64,000 nucleotides of DNA, taken from positions 85,624,001 to 85,688,000 of the forward strand of contig NC_058368.1 in assembly GCF_018350175.1 (NCBI RefSeq), given 5' to 3'. A model generated the notes under the pieces. That model searched no databases, was not told the origin of the DNA, and worked only from the letters and a program-made list of their open reading frames with translations. Origin of the DNA: Felis catus (lineage: Eukaryota). The translations under genes were made by a program, and so were the position numbers. Every line of letters begins with the position of its first letter. Positions within the stretch are counted from its first letter, which is position 1. This document shows, piece after piece, positions 50,755-63,114 of the stretch.

Positions 50755-50947
50755 ACAACCACATTCTTCATGGTGTGGCCGACTCCTGGCTCCACAACAT
50801 CAGCATTTCTAATCTGGGACCTTGTTAGAAATGCCAATACTTGAATCCAACCCAGAAAAATTGAATCAAAAATTTTGGGGGTGTCTCAGAGATTTGTTCT
50901 CTCCATGAGATTCTGATGGATGCTTGGGCTTGAGAACATTTGCTCTA
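50755..50947. mobile_element. MER5A-like hAT-Charlie DNA transposon relic
   Basis: Phrases catcagcat...cttgttagaaatgc...tgaatca...gattctgatg...ttgagaac...tgctcta. Confidence 0.65.
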
Positions 50948-51274
50948 TCTGGTCCCTAGAAATAACTTGATGAACAGAATGTTGTAGTGTTTCTGCCTTA
51001 GATCTCTGAAACTGACAAAACACAGATACTCTTCAGGGATGTGACTAGAAAAATGCTTATATATAATAAACTGTTCACTAGCTTTTACTTAAGTTCTCAC
51101 CCTGGTCTTTCTTTTTCAATATGGATAAGATTAGTTCTGTGGGAACTTTCCATGCATACACAATCCTGCAAACTTTTCTTTTGGATCCGTGGTTGTCAGG
51201 CACAGCTTGAATCTGTGACCTTTTCCTTTAAATGGAAACGTAAGCTTCTCTGAGAAAGAAGTAAACCAACTCAC

Positions 51275-51295
51275 CATGCTTCTTCTTGAGTGAAC
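51275..51295 (-). CDS. 21-nt micro-exon (xSLKKKH)
   Basis: A long pyrimidine tract ending cccccttttag| precedes GTTCACTCAAGAAGAAGCATG|gtgagt. Open in phase 1. Confidence 0.7.
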
Positions 51296-52391
51296 CTAAA
51301 AGGGGGAAAAAAAAAAAGGAATAGCAGACAAAAATGAATTTATTAGTCAGGACACACCAAGGGTTGAGCTTCTCTTTTGGCTCACAAGAGGATAATTATA
51401 AACACACAATCTGACCTTCTAATCATTATCCAGTGTATAATCTGTGGCATTAGTTACATTCCATTGCTGTGCAATCATTACCACTGTTTCCAAAATACCT
51501 TTTATCACCCCAAGCAGAATATCTATAACTATTAAGCAGTAATTTCCCACTGTCTCCAACCTCCAACTCCCTTTGACTCTAATCTTGGTTCTGTTTCTAT
51601 AAAATTTGATTAGTCTACCTATTTAATATCAGTTAATCATGCAATATTTCCCTTTTGTGTCAGGCTTATTTTATTTGGTATAATGTTTTCAAGGTTCATT
51701 CATGTTGGACCACACACCACAATATAATTTTCTGTTATGAAAGATGAATAATATTTCACTCTTGTTATGTACCATAGTTAATTTACCCATTCATGTGATG
51801 ATGAACATCTGTGTTGTTTCCACATTTTGGCTACTGTGAGTAATGCTGAAATGAACACTGACATAACATAACTCTTCAACTCCCTGTTTTTAATTATTTG
51901 GAGTATATACATAGGAATGGAATTGCTTGATCATATGGTAATTATTTTTATAGCTTTTTGAGGAACTGCCAAATGGTTTCCACAATGGCTTCACCATTTG
52001 AAATTCCCACCAGCAATGTCAAAGGATTCCAGTTTCTCCATATTCTTACCAACACGTGTTATTTTCACTCTCCCCCCTAAAATGTGTGAAGTGGTATCTC
52101 ATTGTTGTTTTGGTTTTCATTTCCCTAATAATTAATACTGTTGAACATCTTTTCATGTACTTATTTGTCATTTATATATCTTCTTTAAAAATACATATAT
52201 TCAAATATTTTACCTATTTTCAAGTTGGGTTGTTTGTTGAACATTTAAAGCTCTTTTATATTCTTTAAGTGCTCTTGATATAAAACCCTTATTTTTTATG
52301 TTTTGCAAATATTTTCTCCCTTTCTGTAGTTTCTAAGTCTCTTGATTATGACCTTTGATGTAAAAATAGTTTCAAAAGTCAACGTAGTTCT

Positions 52392-52512
52392 GGGCACTTA
52401 GATGGCCCAGTCTGTGGAGTGTTGCCACTCAATCTTGTGGTTGTAAGCTCAAGCCCCATGTTAGGTATAGATATTCATTAGAAATAAAATCTTCAAATAA
52501 ATAAATAAATTT
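52392..52512 (+). mobile_element. Short, old Can-SINE
   Basis: gggcactta...ggcccagtctgtggagt...gctcaagccccatgttagg followed by an A-rich tail; no (CT)n. Confidence 0.65.
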
Positions 52513-53899
52513 AAAAAGTCATTGAAGTTCAATTTATGAGTTTTTTTTCTTTGTTGCTTGTGCTTATGGTATCCAATTTAAGAGGGTCATTAAAATTTCC
52601 CCATACTATTTATTGTTTTTTTTAAGCACTTATATATATTTCATTGATATAGTTTGAGTTAATTTTTCTATATGGTATGAGACCGGGGTCCAAATTCATT
52701 ATTTTGATTGTGGAAATCTAGTTGTTCCAGAAACATTGTTAAACTATTCTTTACCCATAGAATGGACTTTTTCAATTTCTTTACATTTTATAAGTCTGTT
52801 GTGATTTTACAGCTTATTTTGAGTCAGTTTAGGTTATTATTGTGTTTTTAGAAACTTGTTCCCTATATATATTGGTTTTCCAATTTTTTGGCATGCAGTT
52901 ATTTATAATATTCTCATAGTAACTTTGATTTCTTCAATGTCACGAATATTGTCCCCCTTTCATTTATGATTTACATTATTTGTGTCTCTTTCTTCTTTTT
53001 TCTTCTCAGTATAGATAAATGTTTCAAAATGATTTTATCTTTAATGTGACAATTTTCAAAATTATTATTTTTCTATTCTTTATTGTTTCCTTTATTCTCT
53101 TAGCTTTTCATTTTGTTTGCTCTTTTTATTATTTTCTTATATTTCTACAGGTATAAATTTATTTGTCTGATGTCTTCTTTTTTAACATTGTTGTTTACAA
53201 CTATAAATTTCTCTACAGCCACTATTTTCTTGCATCCCATAAACTTTGTTATGTTGTGTTCTTTTTCATTTTCATTTATCTATATTTTCTAATTTCTATC
53301 ATAATTTTATTCAATTGTTTGTTCGTTGTTTGGTTTATACATATTTCTAAATTTTGCTATTGATGTTTAAAAAGTTATCATATCATATGACTTCAAACTT
53401 TCAAAATGATATTGGATTTAGACTTGTTTGAGACCTAACATATAGATTAGCCTGGACAAGTTTTCATATGTCTTGAAAAAAATGTTGATTCTATCATTGT
53501 TGGTGAAGACTTTGATATATGTCTGTTGGGTCTAATTATTGGACACTGTTCTTCAAGTGCTCTATTTCATTATTTATATAGTTTCTATATATCCCATCTA
53601 TTATTGAAACTGGTATATTGAAGTGTCTAATTATTATGACAGAATTGACTATTTATTCCTTTAATTTTGTTAATTTTTGCTTTATATTTTGTATATATAT
53701 ATACATTAATATATTTTAATATTTTAACCCTTTCTAACTTTACCTCTAGTTTGTCTGAAATTAGTATACCTACCGCAGCTTTTTGTTGGGAACACTATTT
53801 TCATGGAACACCTCTTTTCAACTTCTCCCCTTCAAACTGTGTCTTTATATCTAAAGTAAATCTCTTACAAACAGTGAATAGCTGGATTATGTTTTATTA

Positions 53900-55358
53900 T
53901 TACATTTTTATTTTAATTCCAGAATAATTAACATACATTGTTATATTAGTTTTGGTGTACAATATTTCAACAATTCTATACATTAATTGGTGTTCATCAT
54001 GATTATTGCATTCTTTAATCCTAATCACCTTTTTAACCTATCCCTCTACCCTCCTCTCTGCTGGTAACCATTAGTTTGTTCTCAATAGTTAAGAGTATGT
54101 TTTCTGATTTCTCTCTCTCTCTCTCTCTCTTATTTTTCCCCCTATGATCACTTGTTTTGTTTGTTAAATTCCACATATTTCCACATATGAGTGAGAACAT
54201 ATTGTATGTGTTGTTCACTGACTAATTTCACTTAGTATAATACTCTGAAGCTCCATCCATGTCTTTACTAATGGCATTATTTCATTTTTTAAATGGCTGA
54301 ACAATATCATATACATATATATATGATACACACAAATGTATATGATGTTAATATCACATCTTTATCCATTCATGTATTGACAGACGTTTGGCCTACTTCT
54401 AAAATCTGGCTACTGCAAATAATGCTGCAATACACATAGGTCATGTAATAACCTATAAACATATGGTCAAATAATCTTTTTATATATTTTTCATGTTTTT
54501 ATTTATTTTTGAGACAGAGAGAGACACAATATGAGCAGGGGAGGGGCAGAGAGAGAGGGAGACACAGAATCCAAGCAGGCTCCAGGCTCTGAGCTGTCAG
54601 CACAGAGGCTGACCTGGGGCTCAAACTCATGGACTGTGAGATCATGACCCGAGCCTAAGTTGGACGTTTAACTGACTGAGCCAACCAGGCGCCCCAATCA
54701 AATAATCTTTGACGAAAGAGGAGAGGATATACAATGAGAAAAAGAGAATCTTTTAACAAATGGACAACATGCAAAAGAACAAAACTTATTTTCTTACAAT
54801 ATATGCAAAAATAAACTCAAAATGGAGGAAAGACCTAAATTTGAGACCTGAAACCATAAAAACACTAGAAGGGAACACAGGCTATAATTTCGCTGACATC
54901 AGATGTAGCAACATGTTTCTAGATATGTCTCCTTAAGCAAAGGAAATAAAAGGGAAAATAAACTATTAGGACTATACCAAAATAAAAAGTGTCTGCTTAG
55001 TGAATCAATCAAGAAAACAAAAAGCAACATATTGAATGGGAGAAGGTATGTGAAAATAACATATCTGATAAAGTGTTAGTATCAAAATATACAACGAACT
55101 TACACCACTCAACACCCAAAAAGCACATAATTCAATTTTTAAAATTCTCATATGAACAAAAATTTCTCCAAAGATGACATCCCAATGTCCAAAAAACACA
55201 TGAAAGCTGCTTGTCATCATTCATCATTAGGGTAATGCAAATCAAAATTACAATGAGATATATCTCACACTGGTCAGAATGGCTATAATAAAAATGTCAA
55301 GAAACAGCAATTGTGGGCAAGGATGTAGAGAAAATGGAACCCTCTTGCACTGTTGGTG
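53900..55358 (-). mobile_element. 5'-truncated, 5'-inverted L1 insertion
   Basis: 3' UTR on minus (53900 to ~54445) and an ORF2 segment on plus (~54450-55358). 16-bp TSD GGATTATGTTTTATTA at 53884-53899 and 55359-55374. Confidence 0.85.
54480..54695 (-). mobile_element. Can-SINE
   Basis: TSD TCAAATAATCTTT on both sides. Confidence 0.93.
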
Positions 55359-56448
55359 GGATTATGTTTTATTAAATCTCTTCTGTCAGTCTTAGCCTTT
55401 GGATTGGAGGGTTCATCCGTTTACATTTGAAGTGATTAGTGATAAATAAACACTTTTTTCCCATTTTTCTATGTATTTTTTGCATGTTTTATAGGTCTTC
55501 TGTTTCTCGTGTTCTCCATTTATGCTTTACTTTATGTTTATTTGATTTTTTGTAGCTCTTAGTTTGCTGTTGCTTTTCTCATTTCCTTCTTTCTATACAT
55601 TTTAAAACTATATGCATAATGTCCACCATAGACCTTATATTTGGCATTGTATATTTATAAAATTTATTTAAAATTTGTACCAATGTCCCTTTAATAATAT
55701 TCAAAACTCTCTTCTAATACACCTCCATTCTCCCTTACTTTATGTTTTTGCTTTCATAAATTACTTCTTTATCATATGCATAATATGTATTCCTTAAATT
55801 AAAATTATCATAGTGTTCCCAGTGACAAAGGCATTTGTCTTTCCAGTCTTATAAGTAAAAAGTGGAACTACATGTGAAATATGCAACAGTAATAGTTTTT
55901 ATATTTGCTCATGTATTTGTATCTTCTAGACATTGTAATTTTTTCTTCAAATGCTATCCAATATTCTTTTACTTTAATCTGAAATACTCCTTTTAGTATT
56001 TATTCTAAAGTAAGTCTGGACATAATTAACTTCCTCAAATTTTGTTAATCTGAAGTGTCTTAGTTTCTCCTTTATATTTGAAGGACATTTTTGCTGGACA
56101 TATAATTATTGGTTGGGAGTTAAAACAAACCTTTTATTTCTTTAGACATGTCATCCTATCTTCTTTCTGACCTCAATGATTTCCAAGAAACCTCATTATA
56201 ATCTTCTTGAATATCTCTTGTAAGTACTAAGTCAATTTTACCTTGCAGCTTTCAAACTGTTATCTTTTTTGGGTTTTCAAAAGTTTGGTTAAAATGTGTT
56301 TGAGTTGGGTTTCTTTAAGTTCATTTTATTTTGAGTGTCTTAAGCTTCTTAGATTAGGTTCGAATCTTTCATAAAATTGAGAAGTTTCAGATATTATTTC
56401 TTTAAATAATTGTTCTATCTTTTTTCCTCTCATATGCTTCATGGTGAC

Positions 56449-57275
56449 TATAGTTCTCAGAATTATCCAGATAAATAGAGCCAATTGGATATATCTATAT
56501 CTATATCATCTATATCTGTATCTATACTTATATATCTATATCTATCTATATATCAAGACCTATCTGTCTATCTATTGGTTCTATCTATTGATATATATAT
56601 ATATATGTGTGTGTGAATATATATATCTAATATCCAATATAATATATAATCTATAAATCTATATCTAAATATATGTATATATTTAGATAGGTATCTAAAT
56701 ATATCTATTGGTTCAATAAATAGACAGACAGATAGATAAAAGATGATAGATAGATAGATAGATAGATCTACCTACAGTGAGAGATTTATTATAGGAAATT
56801 GACTCAAATGATTGAGAAAATTGAAAAGCCCCACAATCTGCCATCTCAAATACTATGTCCCTAAAAGCCCATGGTATAGTTCCACTCAAAACTCAAAAAC
56901 CTGTCACCCAGTGGAGCCAATATTTCAAGTGTCAGTTCAAGCTCAAACACCTGAGAACAGGAAAAACTGATGATGTAAAATATGATACGGGTGCTAATGC
57001 CCAAGAACCAGGAGCTTCAGTGTCCAAGGACAGAAGATGGATGTTCAAGCTCAGAAAATAAATTTACTCTTCATTAGCCTTTTGTTCTATCTGAGGTTTC
57101 TGTAGATTAGATGATGTTCACATCCACAGTGGTGCCAGTGATTGTCTTTCCTCAGGTGATCCATTCAAATGATAATCTCCTGCAGAAACATCCTCACAGA
57201 TTCACTGTGAAATAATACTTTACAAGATACCTGGGCATTTTTAAGCAAAGGTGTGATACATAAGATTAGACAACA
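56449..57275 (-). mobile_element. MLT2-type (ERV-L) 3' LTR containing (TATC)/(TA)/(GATA) repeats
   Basis: MLT2 phrases gagatttattataggaaattgactca and tgcagaaacatcctcacaga. A purine tract (minus aaaggggttg) adjoins it at about 57281-57290. Confidence 0.8.
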
Positions 57276-57589
57276 GATTTCAACCCCTTTCAAACTTGGC
57301 ACCTATATTCATCTCCATAAAGCATACTGAATCCTCAAAGTTAACAAGAAAGTCATAATCCCACCTAACATTATGCATCTATCATGTATATAACCCAAAA
57401 CAAATGAATTCCTTCCACATAACATGATGCAAAGTTCTTGAATGATGCTTACTCTTTCCCTAATACCCTGTAACTCAAATACTAGGATGTAAAATTAACA
57501 ATGCATAAATGCTGATTTAAACTCAATACATCTTACGTTACATGATAAAGAATAGACAAGGAAAGGGAAATATATTTTTTCTTTTTAAA

Positions 57590-57793
57590 AAAATGTTAAT
57601 GTTCATTTATTTTTGAGAGAGACAGAGCGTGAGCAGGGGAGGAGCAGAGAGATAGGGATACACAGAAACAGAAGCAGGCTCCAGGCTCTGAGCTGTCAGC
57701 ATAGAGCCTGACATGGGGCTCGAACTCACAAACCATGAGATCATGACCTGAGCTGAAGTCAGACGCTTAACCGCCTGAGCCACTCACGCACCC
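57590..57793 (-). mobile_element. Can-SINE inserted in ERV-L
   Basis: Typical body and tail. Confidence 0.92.
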
Positions 57794-60011
57794 TGGTATT
57801 TTCTTAATATAAGCATATATACAAAAACATAGTAATAAGATAATGAGGAGACATTTATGGCAATTACAGTCTTCATTTATGTATAAGTCATATGCTTGTA
57901 GCTGATATTAATAATTACCTTCTTCTACCTATTCTGTGTTCCCTTTGTCTTCAACAAGCACCTCAGCTGCTCATTGTTCTCTATATATTGGGTGACCAAA
58001 ATATTCACTTCTAATGGGTGAGGGTCATAAGAGGTCCCTTGAATAGGGCTGTTGTAGTTTCCATTAACCATAATCACAGAGCTTGGTAATACTAAGAGAC
58101 AACCTAAGATATGTACTATATTCTTTACCTCTATTGTAGATTCACAGTCCGATTTACCCTTGTAATGAAGATCAATCACCTCAACCAACAGTGTAACTTT
58201 TTTTGCCTGTTGACTCAGACACATAAGGAACCCAAGTGGCTAGGGAGCATTCTCATCTTCCAGTTCAGTGGAATTATCGTTGTATCTCCCAATGGAAACA
58301 TTCCTCCCTTTGATTTAAAGTCTGCTAGGCCAACAGAGCATAAAGTCATGGGAACAAAAGTTTAAATTTTGCTTATTGTTCACCATAGGTAAACGTGAAT
58401 GGTAGCAAGCACTGCCTCTGCTTTGGTTTCTAGACTTATGAATTATATCAGATTCTTCAGGTGAAATTTGTTCGAGTCCTGTGAGTATTGCCACCTACTT
58501 GGTGTTCTACTTGATGGTTTAAAATTTATTCATTACCTTTCCCTTCCTTGAAATATCACATTGGTCCATAATATTGATGACATGCTGATTGCACCTAGTG
58601 ATAAATTGTAGCAACTATTCTATACTTATTGGTAAGACACAGAGTGGAAAAAATTCTGACTAAAATTCAGGGCTTGTCTAGAAACTTCTAAGGGTTCAGT
58701 GGGCTGAGAAATTTTGAGATCTTCCTTCTAAGGTACATGGTAAGTTCTTGCATCTGAAACATCCTACAACTAAGAAAGAGGCACAACATTCTTTAGGCCC
58801 TTTTGGATTTGGTAGGTGTTACATTCCCCACTTGGGTGTGTTATTTTCTCTCATTTACAGATTCAATAATCTGTGCATTTTGTGTGTGACCCAGAAGTAG
58901 GTCCATGTTGTGCACGTTGTTTTGCCACTACTCTGACTGGTGGGACATTGACATTTCTGTTCTCCTTGAATTAGTGTAGGTTAAGATACATTACCTGGTA
59001 GTCCCAAAAGGTCTGATCTGATTATTTCCTTTTCTGCAATGTATAGTTATCCTGGTAAAAGTCTTAGATCCCTTAGGGAAAGGCTGTGAAAAAGTCTGAC
59101 AGCATCAGTTTTCAGTAGAATGTTGGAGTTCATCCTCAAAAAAACCCAAATTGCCCTTACTTAGGGACTTCTGTCTGTAAATGGACTCAAGTTCAAATTG
59201 AGGGACCGTGACTCTATGTTTTTATGATTTAAGTTAGACTTTTGTTTAATTGACCTAGAACTTTCCTGCTTGTACAAATCAAGTAAAAATTTAGTAGGCT
59301 TCCTATCCAATTTATTTCTAGGACCACCATGTTTAAATACTCAACACCATAAGTCTACATGAGTCAGTCTGATCTAAATGCTGCTTTGAGTCTGCTTTTC
59401 ATTTCAGTAGTCACACCCACTTTGCCTTTGGATTTTGGGTGCCTCCACTTGACCCTTGCCACCTTGGGATTTAATTCCTCCCACTGCATTTAAATTTTTC
59501 AATTAAGTGACTGCATTTACTACTGTGAATTCTGACCTACAAAAAGAGGAATGATCACGGAACTCTTCAAGGATGTCGTTGATGAGGCTCTTCTCATAAA
59601 TTTATTTCTCACAGTTGTGATCTAAGGTATACCTTTTATACCCTCATCGTATGGGTGAATAGGTATTAAAGTACAAGTTCTTTCTAACATTCTAATTTTC
59701 CTAAACCTTTTAAATTCTTCATATTAGATCAAGGCATGTCTGGTATATCCATTTACTCACATTTTTGGTCAATGTTTCATCCAACGAAATAAAGTGTTTT
59801 CTGATCTCTTGAGTTGCAACATTAAATGCAGAATCTCATATAAATAAGCTTGGTTGGCTGCTATAATAAATTTAGCCTGATCTAAACTTATGTTCCTTCT
59901 ACAATTATTCCAGGCCCTTGATATCCTTTCCCATTTACATTATATAAATTTTTGTGTAAATTAGAAACTCAAGTACTTCCTTTGGAATTTATCATACCTC
60001 CCCAGGAGTTA

Positions 60012-60153
60012 CACTTTGCATATCACTTTTAGGGTCCTGCTGGGACTCAAATCTAATTAGAGGATTAGAAGCAAAATCCTTTGCATATCACTTTGCATAT
60101 CACTTTTAGGGTCCTGCTGGGACTCAAATCTAATTAGAGGATTAGAAGCAAAA
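60012..60153. repeat. 65-bp direct duplication with a 12-bp spacer
   Basis: 60012-60076 is identical to 60089-60153. Confidence 0.92.
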
Positions 60154-61691
60154 AAAAAAAAAAATATCTAATTAGAGATTAGGTCCTGAGGAGAATCAGC
60201 ATTACCTTGCAAGGCAATAGCCTCAGAGGAAGCTTTGATTATTTCCTTAGGCAATACAGAGTTAACCACCCTTTGGTGGACCCAGATGACAGTGTGGGTG
60301 GAGATGCTGCTGTTAATGGGGTTATGAAGGGCATTTCTTTTGTGGTCTGGGAGGCCAAGTCTACAAGAGGTGAGGAGAATGATTCTTCTGGGGGTGAAGA
60401 AGTTTCTTCCATTGTTACAAATGTTAATCAGAATTTATGGGCAACATTTTGCCAGGGTCTTGATACATACCCCCTCAATTTATAAAATCTGATTTTTCCC
60501 AAATCAATATTGTAATTTTAATATTAGATTTCTTTGAATGTGACCTTAGGTAACAAGAGAACCAAATGCTCTGGGACATAAAAAACAAAAACAAACAAGC
60601 AAAGAAACTCTGTTGTTGAAATGCGTAATTAGGAATTGGGTACGGAATTACTTTGCTTTAGAAAAGAATGGAAGACATCTGACAGAACCTTACCACAGAT
60701 ATAAAAGTTAAAAAGGAATAATTTAAAAAATGAACGATGCAATACATGAGATTGGAAGCAAGCTTGATGCAATGGAGAAAATTTGCAAGAAGCAAAAGAA
60801 CAAATTAGTGGCCTAGAAGACAAAATTATGGAAAATAATGAAATTGAAAAAGAAGAGAAAGAAGATTTATGGGCCATGAAAATAGACTTAGAGACCTCAG
60901 GGACTGTATCAAATGTAATAACATTTATATCATACGAGTCCCAGAGAAGAAGAGAGAAAAAATGCGGGCAGAAAATTTATTTGAAGAAAAATAGCTGAAA
61001 CATTCCTTAATCTGGGGTCGTAGAAAACTCCCATCAAAAACAAATGAACGAACAAAAACAACAAAACAACAACAACAACAAAAAACAAAACAAAAGCAGG
61101 CCAACACCAAGACACATTGTAAATAAAATTCCAATATATACTGACAAAAGAAGTCCTTAACATACAAGGGAAGAGCCATAATGCTAGGGGCAGTTGTCTC
61201 CACAGAAACTTGGAAAGTCCGAATAAAGTGGCATGATATATTCAAAGCGCTGAATGGTAAAAAATGTGAAGCCCAGAATAATCTTTCCAGCCAGGGTATC
61301 ATTCAGAATAGAAAGAGAGGTAGAGTTTGCAACAAACAAATACTAAAAGCATTCATGACCACTAAACTAGTCCTGAAATAAATATTACAGGGGGTCCTTT
61401 GAGTGGAAAAAAGAGACCAAAATTGACAAAGATAAACTGGATCAGAGAAAATCTCCAGAAACAAGGAGAAACAAGTAACAAAAAGGCAATAAATACATAT
61501 CTATCAAAAATTACTTTGAATGTAAATAGATTAAATGCTCCAGTCAAAAGACATTGGGTGTCAGAATGGATAAAAACAAGACCCATGTATATGTTACCTA
61601 CAAGGTGTATTTTACACCTAAAGATACCTGCAGATTTAAAGAAGGATGGTGAAACATCTATCATGCAAATGGTTATAAGAAGAAAGCCATG

Positions 61692-61907
61692 AGATTGCTG
61701 GAGGGGAAGGGGGTTGGGAGATGGCTGAATCAGTGATAGGCATTAAGGAGGGCACTTAATGGAATGAACACTGGGTATTACATGTAAGTGATGAATTACT
61801 AAATATGTAGATAGAATTACTAAATTCTACTCCAGGAATCAATACTACACTATATGTCAACTAAATTGAATTTAAGTAAATTAAAAAGGTAAATAAATAA
61901 AATAAAA
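61692..61907 (+). mobile_element. Short L1 3' UTR insertion within ORF2
   Basis: G-rich 3' UTR and A-rich tail interrupting the KKAGVAILIS-coding region. Confidence 0.7.
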
Positions 61908-62894
61908 GAGCCAGAGGAGCAATACTTATATCACACAAAATCATCTTTAAAACAAAGACTGTAACAAGAGGTAAGAAAGGCACTATATCATAATAAATGA
62001 CACAATCCAGCAAGAAAGCTTAATGATTATAAATATTCATGCATCCAACATGATAGCATGCAAATATATGAAACAATAATTAACATAAATATATGATAAT
62101 AGTAAGTGACTTTAACTCCCAAGTTAAATCAATGGACAGATGATCTAAAAAAGAAAACAACACTTTGTATCACACACTGGACCAGATAGGCTAAACAGAG
62201 ATATTCAGAATATTTCATTCTAAAACAGTAAAATATCCATTCTTGTCAAATGCTCACGAGACATTTTCCAGAGTAGATACACACTGGGTCACAAATCAGG
62301 CTTCAACAAATATAAAATGATTGAAATCATTCCATGTGCATTATCTGATACCAACACTATGAAGCTAGAAGTCAAACACAAGAAAAAAAAATGAAATAGC
62401 ATAATTACATGGAATTTGACCAATACACTACTAAAAAATGACGGATCAACCAGGAAATTAAAAAAATAATAATAATAAGTAAAAAGGAATGGCTACAAAT
62501 GCCAATGAAAACGTAATGGCCCCAAATATTTGGAATGCAGTCAAAGAATCCAAACAGGAAAATATATAGCAATACAGGCATACCTAAAGAACAACAACAA
62601 CAACAAAATCTGAAATAAGTAACCTAAAGGTGCTAGAAAAAGAAAGAAAAAGAAAGTTTAAAGTCACCTGAATATAGGAAACAATAAAGAATATAGTAGA
62701 AATCAATGGTAAAAGAACAAAAGAAATGATAAAGTAGGTCAATGAAGGAGCTCGTTCTTTCAAAAACATAATGATAAAGCTCTGGTCAGACTTATCAAAG
62801 AAAATAGAAAAGACCCCAATAAATAAAATCACAAATGAGACAGGAGAAATAACCAACACCACAGATAGACAAGCAATTATAAGAGATTATGAAA

Positions 62895-63114
62895 GGGGCG
62901 CCTGGGTGGCTCAGTCGGTTAAGTGGCCGACTTCGGCTCAGGTCATGATCTCGCGGTCCGTGAGTTCGAGCCCCACGTCGGGCTCTGTGCTGACAGCTCG
63001 GAGCCTGGAGCCTGTTTCGGATTCTGTGTCTCCCTCTCTCTGACCCTCGCCTGTTCATGCTCTGTCTCTCTCTGTCTCAAAAATAAATAAACATTAAAAC
63101 AAATTTAAAAAAAG
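62895..63114 (+). mobile_element. Can-SINE (CpG-rich, probably young)
   Basis: TSD TAAGAGATTATGAAA at 62880-62894 and ~63115-63129. Confidence 0.96.

Larger units (their letters stand above)
15628..51295 (-). pseudogene. 3' half of a butyrophilin/BTNL/ERMAP-like gene (heptad micro-exons plus B30.2 exon); probable pseudogene or truncated allele
   Basis: Six exons joined by GT-AG phase-1 introns translate as xSLKKKH-GKLQEEY-GKLHENF-ERIKLLGEE-GLKFARHYA-ENVTLDPDTGHPYL... Short 21/27-nt exons followed by a B30.2 exon are the butyrophilin-family layout. The B30.2 exon is frameshifted. Confidence 0.8.
51390..56445 (-). mobile_element. Old fragmented L1 (3' UTR, ORF2 and ORF1 remnants)
   Basis: T-rich strand with L1M-like phrases (gtggtatctcattgt...ttccctaata...gaacatcttttcatgt). 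Confidence 0.65.
57276..60470 (-). mobile_element. ERV-L internal relic (gag, protease, RT, integrase/dUTPase remnants)
   Basis: Minus ORF LSQQAKKVTLLVEVID...LLVLPSSVIMVNG resembles the ERV-L pol C-terminus. gag-like RNISLDQAKFI lies near 59870-59900, and RT-like ITLVHNIDD lies on plus at ~58555. Confidence 0.8.
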
